A stretch of 64,000 nucleotides of DNA from Bacteroidales bacterium (GCA_013141455.1 JABFQW010000030.1:1677-65676); one strand, 5' to 3'. Counted from the stretch's first letter, positions 1 through 9,750 are shown. A program made the numbers and translations. The notes: generated by a model from the sequence alone, not told the origin.

Positions 1-1720
1 CCGTAAAACACGCATCATTTACGAAGATCCAAATCCTGCGTTACGGCTGATGGCGGATGATCTGGCCCTTCAGATTGGAAAACATGCGGCGTTTACGCCT
101 GAGGTGGTGGCACTCAGTCAGGCCAAATCTATTGGTAATGATATTACACTTACGATAAATCTGGCCGACTCAGCTTATGGCAACGAAGGGTATAAGATGG
201 AGCACAACGGGATGAAGTTTCTGAGTATTCAGGCTAACAATGCCAAAGGTATATTCTATGGAATACAATCTTTCCTGCAACTGCTTCCTTCTGTGGGCGT
301 TGAGAAACCTGATGAAATCGTGCTTCCATCCATTTATATCGAAGACAAACCACGCTTTAGCTATCGTGGTATGCATCTCGATGTGGGGCGTCATTTTTTT
401 CCGGTTTCTTTTGTGAAACAATATATCGACCTCATGGCCATGTATAAATTCAATACGCTGCATTGGCATTTGACCGAGGATCAGGGGTGGCGGATTGAGA
501 TCAAGAAATACCCCAAACTGACTGAAGTTGGCGCCTGGCGCGATAAAACAATTGTTGGTCATCAGGTAAACGAAAACAAAGTTTTTGATAATTTGCGTTA
601 CGGTGGGTTCTACACCCAGGAAGAAATTCGTGAAGTGGTCGATTACGCGGCATTAAAACAAATTACCATTATTCCTGAAATCGAGATGCCAGGCCATTCA
701 CTGGCTGCCCTCGCTGCTTACCCTGAAATGGGCTGCTCGGGTGGGCCTTATCAGGTAGCCGGTGAGTGGGGTGTGTTTGACGATGTGTATTGTACAAAAG
801 AACAGACATTTACCTTTTTGGAAGACATTTTAACAGAGGTAATCGGCTTGTTCCCTGGAACTTACATTCATATTGGTGGTGATGAGGTTCCCAAAACGCG
901 TTGGAAAAATTGTCCATCTTGTCAGAAACGAATGAAATCTGAAAAACTCAAAACAGAACAGGAATTACAGAGTTATTTTGTGCGTCGTATTGAAAAGTTC
1001 CTGGCCTCTCATAACCGCCGCATTATTGGTTGGGATGAGATTCTTGAAGGTGGACTTGCACCTGAGGCGACTGTGATGTCATGGCGTGGAATCACAGGTG
1101 GCATCGATGCCGCACAAATGGGTCATGACGTGATTATGACACCCGGCGATGTTTGTTATTTCGATCATTATCAGGGCGATTCTGATCATGAACCATTGGC
1201 AATCGGTGGTCTGACGAAAGTTTCGGAAGTATATGCCTACGAACCTGTTCCTGAAGAACTTAGTCCGAATCGTTTTAAATACATTTTGGGTGCACAGGCC
1301 AATGTCTGGACCGAATATCTTACAAAACCTGAAGATGTTACCTATATGGTTCTGCCTCGTATGGCCGCTCTGTCGGAAGTTGTCTGGTCACCCAAAGAAA
1401 AAAGGGAATGGAGCGCATTCTATAAAAAACTACCCTATCATTTTGCCTTGTATAAAGAGATGGGGCTACATTATAGTCAATCGGTTAATAATTTGTATTT
1501 CAGGATAAAATTGGATGAGAATAAGGTTAACCAATTGAATATCGAGACCGAAATTCCCGATGCAGTAATCCGTTATACTACCAATGATAGTATGCCTTCT
1601 GTTAATTCAAAAAAATGGATTAAGGCATTGCCTGCCGAAGAAGTTAATACGATCCATGCAGCCGCATTTATCGATGGCAAACAAATTGGCGAAGTCTTTT
1701 CGAAGACTATAAGTAAATGA
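1..1720 (+). CDS. GH20 beta-N-acetylhexosaminidase, 5' end truncated by the window edge
   Basis: The frame is open from nt 2 (RKTRIIYEDPNPALRL precedes the Met at 50), so the N-terminus lies upstream. GH20 hallmarks are RGMHLDVGRHFF, FNTLHWHLTEDQGWRIEIKKYP and the catalytic region HIGGDEV. The C-terminal tail (IRYTTNDSMPSVNS...) resembles the hexosaminidase Fn3-like domain. TGA stop at 1718-1720. Confidence 0.9.
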   Translation, partial: RKTRIIYEDPNPALRLMADDLALQIGKHAAFTPEVVALSQAKSIGNDITLTINLADSAYGNEGYKMEHNGMKFLSIQANNAKGIFYGIQSFLQLLPSVGVEKPDEIVLPSIYIEDKPRFSYRGMHLDVGRHFFPVSFVKQYIDLMAMYKFNTLHWHLTEDQGWRIEIKKYPKLTEVGAWRDKTIVGHQVNENKVFDNLRYGGFYTQEEIREVVDYAALKQITIIPEIEMPGHSLAALAAYPEMGCSGGPYQVAGEWGVFDDVYCTKEQTFTFLEDILTEVIGLFPGTYIHIGGDEVPKTRWKNCPSCQKRMKSEKLKTEQELQSYFVRRIEKFLASHNRRIIGWDEILEGGLAPEATVMSWRGITGGIDAAQMGHDVIMTPGDVCYFDHYQGDSDHEPLAIGGLTKVSEVYAYEPVPEELSPNRFKYILGAQANVWTEYLTKPEDVTYMVLPRMAALSEVVWSPKEKREWSAFYKKLPYHFALYKEMGLHYSQSVNNLYFRIKLDENKVNQLNIETEIPDAVIRYTTNDSMPSVNSKKWIKALPAEEVNTIHAAAFIDGKQIGEVFSKTISK

Positions 1721-1747
1721 TAAAGAACAATATAAAATAACTATTTT

Positions 1748-4732
1748 ATGTTTAGGCTAATCCTAAAGTTCCAAAAGCCAGGTTCCAGGCTGAAATATTT
1801 TTTCATGTTTCTGGTATTGTATTCATTGGCTGCCTGTGAAAGCATTCACCCACCGGTCGATTATGTGAATCCCTTCATCGGAACCGATGGCCATGGACAC
1901 ACATTCCCTGGCGCCACGATGCCATTCGGCATGGTGCAACTGAGTCCGGATACGCGCAAAGATTCGTGGGATGGTTGTTCGGGTTATCATTATTCTGATA
2001 ATCAAATAATAGGTTTCAGTCATACGCATCTGAGTGGTACCGGTGTTGGAGACTATGGCGATATCAGGTTGATGCCCACCGTTGGAAAATTGAAACTCGA
2101 TGCCGGAAATAAGGAACAAGAAGGTTATCGCTCAGAATTTTCGCATGAAAATGAAAAAGCAAGTCCCGGGTATTATTCAGTGCAACTGACTGATTACCAG
2201 ATTAAAGCTGAACTGACTGCCGCCGAACATTCCGGTTTTCACCGATATACCTTCCCACAAAGCAAAAACGCGCATATCCTTGTCGATTTGTTTGAGAGTG
2301 TAGTAACTGAACAAATCCTGAATGCTGAAATCACTATTGTAAACGATTCCACAATTGCCGGGTTCCGGCAAACCAAAGCATGGGCTGCTGACCAGCATTG
2401 TTATTTCTATGCTGTTTTCTCGAAACCATTCAGGTCATTCGGAATCCGTGTCGATGGCGAAGAAAAAAGTCAGTTGCAGAAGGCGACAGGAAAAAACCTG
2501 ATAGCATGGACTGATTTTGACACCAAAACCAATGAACAAATCATGGTGAAAGTTGGTATTTCGGCAGTTGATATCGAAGGTGCGAAAAACAATCTCGCTG
2601 TGGAGTTACCAAACTGGAAATTTGACAAAAAGCGAAAAGCTGCCAAAGAAGCATGGAATAACGAACTTGGTAAAATAAAGGTCGAGGGTAAAAGTAAAAA
2701 AGATAAAACAATATTTTATACAGCCTTGTATCACACGATGTTAGCGCCGAATTTGTTTAGCGATCTGGATGGACGATTTCGCGGACATGATGGAAATATA
2801 CACACCGACACAACCTCCCGGCGATATACAGTTTTTTCACTCTGGGATACTTTTCGGGCCCTGCATCCCTTGTTCACGATTATCCAGCGTGAACGCACCG
2901 GTGAGTTTGTTAATACGATGCTCGATATTTATGACAAAGGTGGATTGCTGCCTGTTTGGGAGTTAGCTGGAAATGAAACCTGGTGCATGATTGGCTATCA
3001 CGCTGTTCCTGCCATTGCCGATGCGTGGGCAAATGGTATCCGCAATTTCGATGGTAATAAAGCCCTGATAGCCATGCAGAAAAGTGCAATGCAAGATCAG
3101 TTCGGATTGGAATGGTACAAACAAAAAGGATATATTCCTGCCGACAAAGAAAGTGAATCGGTGAGCAAAACACTCGAATATGCCTTCGATGACTGGTGTA
3201 TTGCAAAAATGGCGGAAAGTATTGGAAATGATTCGGTTAAACAGCTTTATTTTAAAAGATCTGAACACTATAAAAATCTGTATGACCCAACAACAAAGTT
3301 TTTTCGTGGGCGACAAAATGGCGGGTTTATTTCGCCTTTCGATCCCACCCAGGTTAATTTCATGCTTACCGAAGCCAATTCGTGGCAATATAACTTTTTT
3401 GTACCACACGACATTCAAACCCATATCAGATTAATGGGTGGTGATGATGCCTATGAAAATATGCTTGATCAGTTATTTACTGCCTCGTCCGATTTAAGTG
3501 GACGGCAACAGGCTGATATCACGGGACTTATCGGTCAATATGCCCATGGCAACGAACCAAGTCATCACATGGCTTATTTGTATAATTATGTACAAAAACC
3601 AGGTAAAACGCAGCAACTTGTAAAGCGCATCATGGATGAAATGTATTCGGATCAGCCTGATGGACTGAGCGGGAACGAAGATTGCGGACAAATGTCGGCC
3701 TGGTACGTGATGAGTGCCATGGGATTCTATCCGGTTACTCCGGCTTCAGGTAGGTATATTATTGGTAGTCCGCGCTTTGAAGAAGTTACGATCCGGCTCG
3801 AAAATAAAAAGACGTTTGTTGTGAAGGCGAAAAATTTATCGGATAAAAAACGGTTTATTAAATCGGCAACATTCAACGGACAACCCTATTTCAAATCCTT
3901 TATTTCGGCGGATGAAATTCAGCAAGGTGGTGAGCTTATTTTTGTGATGGATACCGTTGCTTCTGAATCATTTGGGATTGGGAAGGGTAATTTTCCGGTT
4001 CAAAATATCGAAACAGAATCGCTTATACCGGTTCCCTGGGTAACGTCAGATGGTAAAACTTTCACTTCGCTACTTGAAATCAGCATGGGACATATTGATC
4101 GGGATGTTGTAATCACTTATACTACCAATGGTAAAGAGCCCACACTTGCTTCGAAACGATATACTGAACCTTTCATCATAAATCGCACTACCAATCTGAA
4201 AGTCAAGGCATTTAAATTTGACAGAAGCAGTGAGACTGTGGGAGCCGATTTTTTTAAGATTGCCGGAGGACGAACCATCACGCTTGTGAATGATTACAAT
4301 GCGCAATATCATGCTGGAGGCGACAATGCACTCATCGATCACATCAAAGGTGGAAGCGATTTTCGCACAGGTGCCTGGCAGGGATTTCAGGGTGACGATC
4401 TGGTAGCAGTGATCGACCTGGGAAACCAGCAATTGATCAAACGTTTGGATATTGGTTTCCTGCAGGATCAGAATTCGTGGATATTTATGCCGCAATACGT
4501 CGAATTTCAGGTGTCATTGGATGGCGAACAATATGAGTCGTTGGGCAAGATTTATAATAATGTGTCGGAAAAGGAAAACGGAGGTGTTGTGCAAAGATTT
4601 GTGAAAAAGACAGATAATCAATTGGTTCGCTATGTTAAAGTGATCGGGCTAAACCGCGGTCTTTGTCCGGATTGGCATATCGGAAAGGGTGAGCCAGCCT
4701 GGCTTTTTGCAGATGAAATTGTTATTGAGTAA
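1748..4732 (+). CDS. GH92 alpha-mannosidase with a C-terminal Fn3-like and discoidin-like extension; lipoprotein-type signal
   Basis: GH92 signatures are VNPFIGTDGHGHTFPGATMPFGMVQLSPDT, GFSHTHLSGTG, HGNEPSHHMAYLY and GNEDCGQMSAW. The N-terminus ends in LYSLAAC, a lipobox-like sequence. The C-terminal ~230 aa (VITYTTNGKEP..., DHIKGGSDFRTGAWQGF) look like carbohydrate-binding modules. Confidence 0.9.
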   Translation: MFRLILKFQKPGSRLKYFFMFLVLYSLAACESIHPPVDYVNPFIGTDGHGHTFPGATMPFGMVQLSPDTRKDSWDGCSGYHYSDNQIIGFSHTHLSGTGVGDYGDIRLMPTVGKLKLDAGNKEQEGYRSEFSHENEKASPGYYSVQLTDYQIKAELTAAEHSGFHRYTFPQSKNAHILVDLFESVVTEQILNAEITIVNDSTIAGFRQTKAWAADQHCYFYAVFSKPFRSFGIRVDGEEKSQLQKATGKNLIAWTDFDTKTNEQIMVKVGISAVDIEGAKNNLAVELPNWKFDKKRKAAKEAWNNELGKIKVEGKSKKDKTIFYTALYHTMLAPNLFSDLDGRFRGHDGNIHTDTTSRRYTVFSLWDTFRALHPLFTIIQRERTGEFVNTMLDIYDKGGLLPVWELAGNETWCMIGYHAVPAIADAWANGIRNFDGNKALIAMQKSAMQDQFGLEWYKQKGYIPADKESESVSKTLEYAFDDWCIAKMAESIGNDSVKQLYFKRSEHYKNLYDPTTKFFRGRQNGGFISPFDPTQVNFMLTEANSWQYNFFVPHDIQTHIRLMGGDDAYENMLDQLFTASSDLSGRQQADITGLIGQYAHGNEPSHHMAYLYNYVQKPGKTQQLVKRIMDEMYSDQPDGLSGNEDCGQMSAWYVMSAMGFYPVTPASGRYIIGSPRFEEVTIRLENKKTFVVKAKNLSDKKRFIKSATFNGQPYFKSFISADEIQQGGELIFVMDTVASESFGIGKGNFPVQNIETESLIPVPWVTSDGKTFTSLLEISMGHIDRDVVITYTTNGKEPTLASKRYTEPFIINRTTNLKVKAFKFDRSSETVGADFFKIAGGRTITLVNDYNAQYHAGGDNALIDHIKGGSDFRTGAWQGFQGDDLVAVIDLGNQQLIKRLDIGFLQDQNSWIFMPQYVEFQVSLDGEQYESLGKIYNNVSEKENGGVVQRFVKKTDNQLVRYVKVIGLNRGLCPDWHIGKGEPAWLFADEIVIE

Positions 4733-4737
4733 TTTGG

Positions 4738-4779
4738 TCCCGCACGTGCGGGATGACAATTCGGCGATTCGGCAATTTG
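4738..4779. repeat. Perfect 16-bp palindrome TCCCGCACGTGCGGGA followed by 2.4 copies of the 8-bp unit ATTCGGCN
   Basis: Read directly: tcccgcacgtgcggga at 4738-4753, then tgaca-attcggcg-attcggca-att. No T-run follows, so it is not a canonical intrinsic terminator. Confidence 0.6.
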
Positions 4780-4854
4780 AAAATTCAATTCAGTTTTCCG
4801 GCTTTTGAAAAGATACTAACTTTGACAAAAAATTAAAAAAAGATTCAAAATTCC

Positions 4855-5280
4855 ATGAAAAAATTAATCATTATTGGCTTATTCTTTAGTCTGGTATTCT
4901 CATTACAAATTCACAGTCAGGAAGCCGAAAAGAAAGAAGAGAAAAAGGCGTACGAATTCACAATTCAAAAAGAAAATCAGCACACGGCCGTGCCGAATCA
5001 ATACCGTTCGGGAACCTGCTGGAGTTTTGCGGGAATTGGTTTTGTTGAAGCTGAGATTCTTCGCCAGTCAGGGAAAACCTATAATTTGTCAGAAATGTTT
5101 ATCGTTCGTCATGCATATTCCGATAAGGCTAGGAAATATGTCAGATTGCACGGTAGCCTGAACCTTGGCGGTGGTGGCGTATTGAATAATGTGATGTATG
5201 TGATTAAAAATTACGGCTTGATTCCGGACGAATCATATCCGGGTTTAGTAATCGGTGAAGAAAAGCATGTGCATGGTTAA
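4855..5280 (+). CDS. C1-family cysteine peptidase (aminopeptidase C / bleomycin hydrolase-like), N-terminal fragment ending at an in-frame TAA
   Basis: Signal peptide MKKLIIIGLFFSLVFSLQIHSQ. Nucleophile motif QYRSGTCWSFAG. The ORF stops at TAA 5278-5280, and the same frame continues into the next ORF. Confidence 0.8.
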   Translation: MKKLIIIGLFFSLVFSLQIHSQEAEKKEEKKAYEFTIQKENQHTAVPNQYRSGTCWSFAGIGFVEAEILRQSGKTYNLSEMFIVRHAYSDKARKYVRLHGSLNLGGGGVLNNVMYVIKNYGLIPDESYPGLVIGEEKHVHG

Positions 5281-6060
5281 ATGGACGAAGTGCTCAAATC
5301 ATATACCGATGCTGTGATGAAGAACGGCAACCGAAAACTAACGCCCGTCTGGAGCAAAGGATTTGATGCACTTCTCGATGCTTATCTGGGCGAGGTCCCT
5401 GCCGATTTTACTGTGGAAGGAAAAACTTACAATACCAAAACTTTTACTTCAGCAACAGGATTCAATCCGGATGATTATATCGATTTAGGTTCATATACCG
5501 ATAAGGAGTTGCATAAACCTTTTGTGTTGGAAATTCCTGACAACTGGAACTGGGGTTTTACCTACAACCTAACGTTGGATGAGATGATTGAAACACTTGA
5601 TTATGCACTCGACCATGGTTACACGGTGGCCTGGGGCGCCGATGTTAGCGAAAAGGGATTCTCCTGGAAAAATGGGGTCGCTATCATTCCCGAGGAGAAG
5701 CTTACCGATCTAAGTGGCACTGAAAAGGAAAAATGGGAAGCGCTCACCGCTGCTGAAAAAACAAAGTCGTTGTATGAGTTTAAGGAAATTGTGAAAGAAA
5801 AAACAATCACACCTGAACTCAGGCAATTGGCTTACGATAATTACGAAACAACCGACGATCACAGTATGCTGATTGTTGGTAAGGCAACCGATCAGAAAGG
5901 TAACAGATATTATAAAGTTAAAAATTCGTGGGGCACTGAAGACCATGTCTATCAGGGTTATTTCTATGCCTCTGAGGCTTATGTCAGGTATAAAACCATC
6001 AATATTTTCATGCACAGGGATGCAGTTCCGAAACAGCTGATGAAAAAACTGGGGTTTTAA
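5281..6060 (+). CDS. C1-family cysteine peptidase, C-terminal fragment in the same frame as 4855-5280
   Basis: Carries the remaining catalytic residues (DDHSMLIVG His motif, VKNSWG Asn motif). The ATG at 5281 directly abuts the TAA of the upstream fragment. Confidence 0.8.
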   Translation: MDEVLKSYTDAVMKNGNRKLTPVWSKGFDALLDAYLGEVPADFTVEGKTYNTKTFTSATGFNPDDYIDLGSYTDKELHKPFVLEIPDNWNWGFTYNLTLDEMIETLDYALDHGYTVAWGADVSEKGFSWKNGVAIIPEEKLTDLSGTEKEKWEALTAAEKTKSLYEFKEIVKEKTITPELRQLAYDNYETTDDHSMLIVGKATDQKGNRYYKVKNSWGTEDHVYQGYFYASEAYVRYKTINIFMHRDAVPKQLMKKLGF

Positions 6061-6140
6061 TTCCCGATTTCACGACAAATTTTTGATGGAAATTTATTTT
6101 CTGAGTCTATTCATTACCTGTAGCTATTCACCCCATTTAA

Positions 6141-6263
6141 GCCACAGATTCACAGATTATTAGCTAAGGCGTTTATATATGAAAAGCATTAATTTCACTG
6201 ATTTGCAATTTTTCATTCCGACTTGTCGGAATGAAAAATTTGATAAATCTGTGAATCTGTGGC
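6141..6263. repeat. 123-bp MITE-like palindromic element with 18-bp terminal inverted repeats and an internal hairpin
   Basis: GCCACAGATTCACAGATT at 6141-6158 is the exact reverse complement of AATCTGTGAATCTGTGGC at 6246-6263. The internal hairpin is ATTTTTCATTCCGAC-ttgt-CGGAATGAAAAAT at about 6208-6239. ATTTA occurs on both flanks. Confidence 0.6.
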
Positions 6264-6407
6264 ATTTATAATTTTGTTTTTAATTAATCAAGGGCTGAAT
6301 AGTTACCGTTGCCTTAATTTCTGCTTAACCTAAGCTATTAGTGATCTGGTTCAGGGCAAGGTTTCAGAAAAAAAACTACTTTTGGTACTTCATTCAAAAA
6401 TCAAATT

Positions 6408-6848
6408 ATGTTCTATACGATACTTCTCAAAAGTCATTCGGGACTCAGGTGGATTTTGCTTGTGAGTCTTATTTTTGCGCTGGTGAAATTCTTTCGTGCT
6501 GCCCGGGGTAACAGCCATGTGCGCCGGTTGGTTCCTTATACACTTATTTCGATGATACTCATGCACATACAGGTATTGTTTGGTTTATTGTTGTATTTTA
6601 TCAGTCCAAAAGTCATTTTCGCGGCCGAATCCATGAAAAATAGTGTTCATCGGTTTTTTCTTGTCGAACACATTAGTCTGATGTTGATAGCAGCAATACT
6701 TATTACCATTGGATATTCGAAAACCAAGAAACAAATCAATACACCTTTTGGTGCCAAACGATTGCTTATTTACTACGGAATTGCCTTAATCATAATACTG
6801 GCATCTATTCCATGGCCTTTCAGGGGCTTAGGTGCCGCATGGATGTGA
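6408..6848 (+). CDS. Hypothetical integral membrane protein (about 4 TM segments)
   Basis: ORF with four long hydrophobic stretches (WILLVSLIFALV, LISMILMHIQVLFGLLLYF, ISLMLIAAILITIGY, LLIYYGIALIIILASI). No recognisable family motif. Confidence 0.55.
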   Translation: MFYTILLKSHSGLRWILLVSLIFALVKFFRAARGNSHVRRLVPYTLISMILMHIQVLFGLLLYFISPKVIFAAESMKNSVHRFFLVEHISLMLIAAILITIGYSKTKKQINTPFGAKRLLIYYGIALIIILASIPWPFRGLGAAWM

Positions 6849-6894
6849 TTCGTTTAGCCATTATTGAATTATAGAGACGTTAAAATATTGTACA

Positions 6895-7179
6895 ATGGAA
6901 AAACATTACAGTTTTCAAAAATCTATGCTAATTCTCATTGCCACCGGTGTATGGGTCGTAGTCTTACAATTGTCCGGAATTATTCCGCAGATCAGACCAA
7001 TGCAGTTTTCTTCGCAGGATGTATTACAGGTGAAAGGTATCGTTGAGGTTGAAAATGTCGTGCTAATTAAAGGTACTGTCGATGCCAATCTGGAAAGTAT
7101 AAATGGGTATAGTAAATTTTATAAAGACCCACGCACCGGTGAATTTTATGTGCTTCCGGTGACCGATCCTTATCAATAA
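6895..7179 (+). CDS. Small hypothetical protein with an N-terminal membrane anchor
   Basis: 94-aa ORF with a single hydrophobic segment (MLILIATGVWVVVLQL). No family recognised. Coding status is uncertain. Confidence 0.35.
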   Translation: MEKHYSFQKSMLILIATGVWVVVLQLSGIIPQIRPMQFSSQDVLQVKGIVEVENVVLIKGTVDANLESINGYSKFYKDPRTGEFYVLPVTDPYQ

Positions 7180-7271
7180 AAATGACCGGCTGAATCAAAC
7201 GAGTAGTTTTGTGGAAATAACCGGCATTATCCGGTTGTGACTTTATTTTTTATCATTAATCTGATTGTGAT

Positions 7272-8564
7272 ATGGTTAGGTTGATCCGGTTTGTAATTTT
7301 CTTCTTATTATCTGGTAGTTTATATACGCTTCATTCTCAGGGTATTGATTCAAATCTGAATGCGCTTGGATTTCAGAATTTAACGAAAATTGCTCTTTCA
7401 GGAGGTCGTTACAGCGAAGCCTATGAATTATATCTGAATCAGCCACTTGATCACCAGGATACTTCTGGTCAGCATTTTGAACAACGGGTATTCGTCAGAC
7501 ATCGCGGTTTCGATCGTCCCACTGTGTTGGTGACCGAAGGATATGCAGCTGATTATGCCGGTTCGTCCGATTACGATGAAGAACTTGCCAACTACCTTGA
7601 TGCCAATCTTGTTGTGGTTGAGCATCGTTTTTTCGGGAAAAGTGTTCCTGAACCTAAACAATGGGAACAATTAAATCTTGAAAATGCTGCGGCAGATCTG
7701 CACAGGATTAACCAGCTTCTAAAGACAATTTATACCGGTCCATGGATCAGCACCGGGATCAGCAAAGGTGGACAAACCACGATCTATTACCGGTATTTTT
7801 ATCCGGATGATGTGAAGGTATCGGTACCTTATGTGGCGCCATTGAACTTTTCGGTGGCCGATAAACGGGTTTATTATTTTCAGGATACCGTGGCTACTGA
7901 ATCATGTCGTGAAAATCTGAAAGCTATTCAACGCGATTTGTTAAGCAGGAGAGAGGTGTTTCAAAAAATGTTCGCCGATTCATCAGCTGCCCGACATTTG
8001 ACTTTCGATAAAGTTGGAGGAATCGAAAAAGCATTTGAATACAACGTGCTTGAGCTGGGATTTGCCTACTGGCAATGGTATCCGATTGAATGTGCCGATC
8101 TTCCGGAAGCCGGTGCAGACACAAAGGAAGTTTTTAATGCTTTCATCGCTGCAGCCGGTTACGATTTTTTTGCCGATCAAAGTATTGGTGGTTTTGAACC
8201 ATTTTTCTACCAGGCACTCACCGAAATGGGATTCTATTCATACAACACCAACGACTTTGACGATTTGCTTCAATATGTGAAAAATCCAAACTTCAATCAT
8301 GCCCTTCCTGACGGAATTGTTGTTGATTATGATAACAGTCTGAACAAGAAGGTGAACCGCTGGTTACGAAAAAAAGGTAATACTATGTTATATGTGTATG
8401 GGGCTTACGATGCATGGGCATCCACAGCAGTTCAGACTGGTAAAAAAACGAATGCCCGAAAGTTTTTACTTGCCGGTGGATCACACGCTACACGACTTTA
8501 TAATTTCGATGAAACACGCCGGAATGAGGCCATCAATTTGATTAAAGCCTGGATCGGGGAATAG
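7272..8564 (+). CDS. Secreted alpha/beta-hydrolase serine peptidase, S28-like
   Basis: Signal peptide (FVIFFLLSGSLYTLHSQ). The LNQPLDHQD...FEQRVFV N-terminal motif is typical of S28. Nucleophile elbow GISKGGQT. TAG stop. Confidence 0.7.
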   Translation: MVRLIRFVIFFLLSGSLYTLHSQGIDSNLNALGFQNLTKIALSGGRYSEAYELYLNQPLDHQDTSGQHFEQRVFVRHRGFDRPTVLVTEGYAADYAGSSDYDEELANYLDANLVVVEHRFFGKSVPEPKQWEQLNLENAAADLHRINQLLKTIYTGPWISTGISKGGQTTIYYRYFYPDDVKVSVPYVAPLNFSVADKRVYYFQDTVATESCRENLKAIQRDLLSRREVFQKMFADSSAARHLTFDKVGGIEKAFEYNVLELGFAYWQWYPIECADLPEAGADTKEVFNAFIAAAGYDFFADQSIGGFEPFFYQALTEMGFYSYNTNDFDDLLQYVKNPNFNHALPDGIVVDYDNSLNKKVNRWLRKKGNTMLYVYGAYDAWASTAVQTGKKTNARKFLLAGGSHATRLYNFDETRRNEAINLIKAWIGE

Positions 8565-8603
8565 GGATTTTACACAACATACACATCAAAACCATCTATC
8601 TGA

Positions 8604-9479
8604 TTGAAAAACAAATGGGTTATCTCAAATCTCAGTTTCCTGGGTGCAGCCATCGTCTGGGGATTTGCATTTGTTGCCCAACGACAGGGAATGGCTTTTG
8701 TTGGACCATTAACTTTTAATGGGATTCGTTTTCTGCTTGGTGCCATTGTACTTATTCCTGCGTTTTGGTTATTTCGTCCGGTTATTTCTAATGATCTGCC
8801 TTTAAAATCTTATCTTTTTGCCGGGTTCATGGCTGGCTTGCCCTTATTCGTTGCTTCCACTTTTCAGCAGTTGGGAATGATATATACAACCGCCGGCAAT
8901 GGAGGATTTATTACCAGTTTGTATATCATTTTTGTTCCGGTGTTTGGTTTTTTCAGAAAGCAACCATCGTCCCCGTCTATCTGGTTAGGTGCCGGTTTGG
9001 CTTTATCAGGGCTGTATTTATTATCGGTTGACAGTAATTTCCAAATGCAAACCGGTGATATACTTGTGTTTATCAGTGCAATATTTTGGGCCATGCATCT
9101 CATCGTGTTGTCCTATCTTTCGCCGCGTTTCGATTTTCGTTTGCTGGCTTTCGGTCAATTTGTGTTTACCGGAATACTAAGTCTGGTACTCGCCTTTGTA
9201 TTTGAGACACCCCGGCTTGGCCCGATACATGCAGCGATATTTCCGGTTCTGTATGCCGGGATAGTTTCTATTGGTATTGGCTTTACCCTTCAGGTGATCG
9301 GACAGAAATATGCGCGGGCCGATCATTCAGCTTTGGTATTGAGTCTTGAAGCTGTTTTTGCGGCTTTTGCCGGCTGGCTGATACTGGATGAAAATATGGA
9401 ATGGAAAGCGATGATGGGTTGTTTGCTAATGCTGTCGGGTGTGGTATTGTCGCAGCTAAAATTCAGGTTTGTCCGGTAA
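8604..9479 (+). CDS. DMT-superfamily transporter (EamA family)
   Basis: About 10 hydrophobic helices in two EamA-like halves (AAIVWGFAFVAQR near the N-terminus). The start is a TTG in the ORF track. The next ATG would delete TM1. Confidence 0.8.
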   Translation: MKNKWVISNLSFLGAAIVWGFAFVAQRQGMAFVGPLTFNGIRFLLGAIVLIPAFWLFRPVISNDLPLKSYLFAGFMAGLPLFVASTFQQLGMIYTTAGNGGFITSLYIIFVPVFGFFRKQPSSPSIWLGAGLALSGLYLLSVDSNFQMQTGDILVFISAIFWAMHLIVLSYLSPRFDFRLLAFGQFVFTGILSLVLAFVFETPRLGPIHAAIFPVLYAGIVSIGIGFTLQVIGQKYARADHSALVLSLEAVFAAFAGWLILDENMEWKAMMGCLLMLSGVVLSQLKFRFVR

Positions 9480-9514
9480 TTGATGGATTTAGATGCAGAA
9501 GATGTAATTAACCG

Positions 9515-9540
9515 AAAAAGCAGGATTTCTCCTGCTTTTT
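9515..9540. terminator. Bidirectional intrinsic terminator hairpin
   Basis: AAAAA-GCAGGA-tttc-TCCTGC-TTTTT lies between the convergent eamA-like gene and the tRNA genes. Confidence 0.6.
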
Positions 9541-9541
9541 G

Positions 9542-9626
9542 TACCCGAGGCCGGACTCGAACCGGCACGATCGCAATGATCAAAGGATTTTAAGTCCTTC
9601 GTGTCTACCAATTCCACCACTCGGGC
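9542..9626 (-). tRNA. tRNA-Leu (anticodon TAA)
   Basis: The reverse complement folds as a cloverleaf. Acceptor GCCCGAG/CTCGGGT (G1-U72 wobble), anticodon stem AAGGA/TCCTT with loop CTTAAAA, a long variable arm, and T-arm GCCGG-TTCGAGT-CCGGC. Confidence 0.9.
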
Positions 9627-9677
9627 AACTTTGGTTTATTTTCAGAAAAAAAAACCCGAATAACCGGGAGTTTTTTG

Positions 9678-9750
<73 letters not shown>

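Noticed and set aside
1-4732. Polysaccharide utilisation locus (PUL) containing GH20 and GH92
   Set aside because: No SusC/SusD pair or hybrid two-component regulator adjoins these genes within the window. The upstream part is outside the window, so a PUL cannot be asserted.
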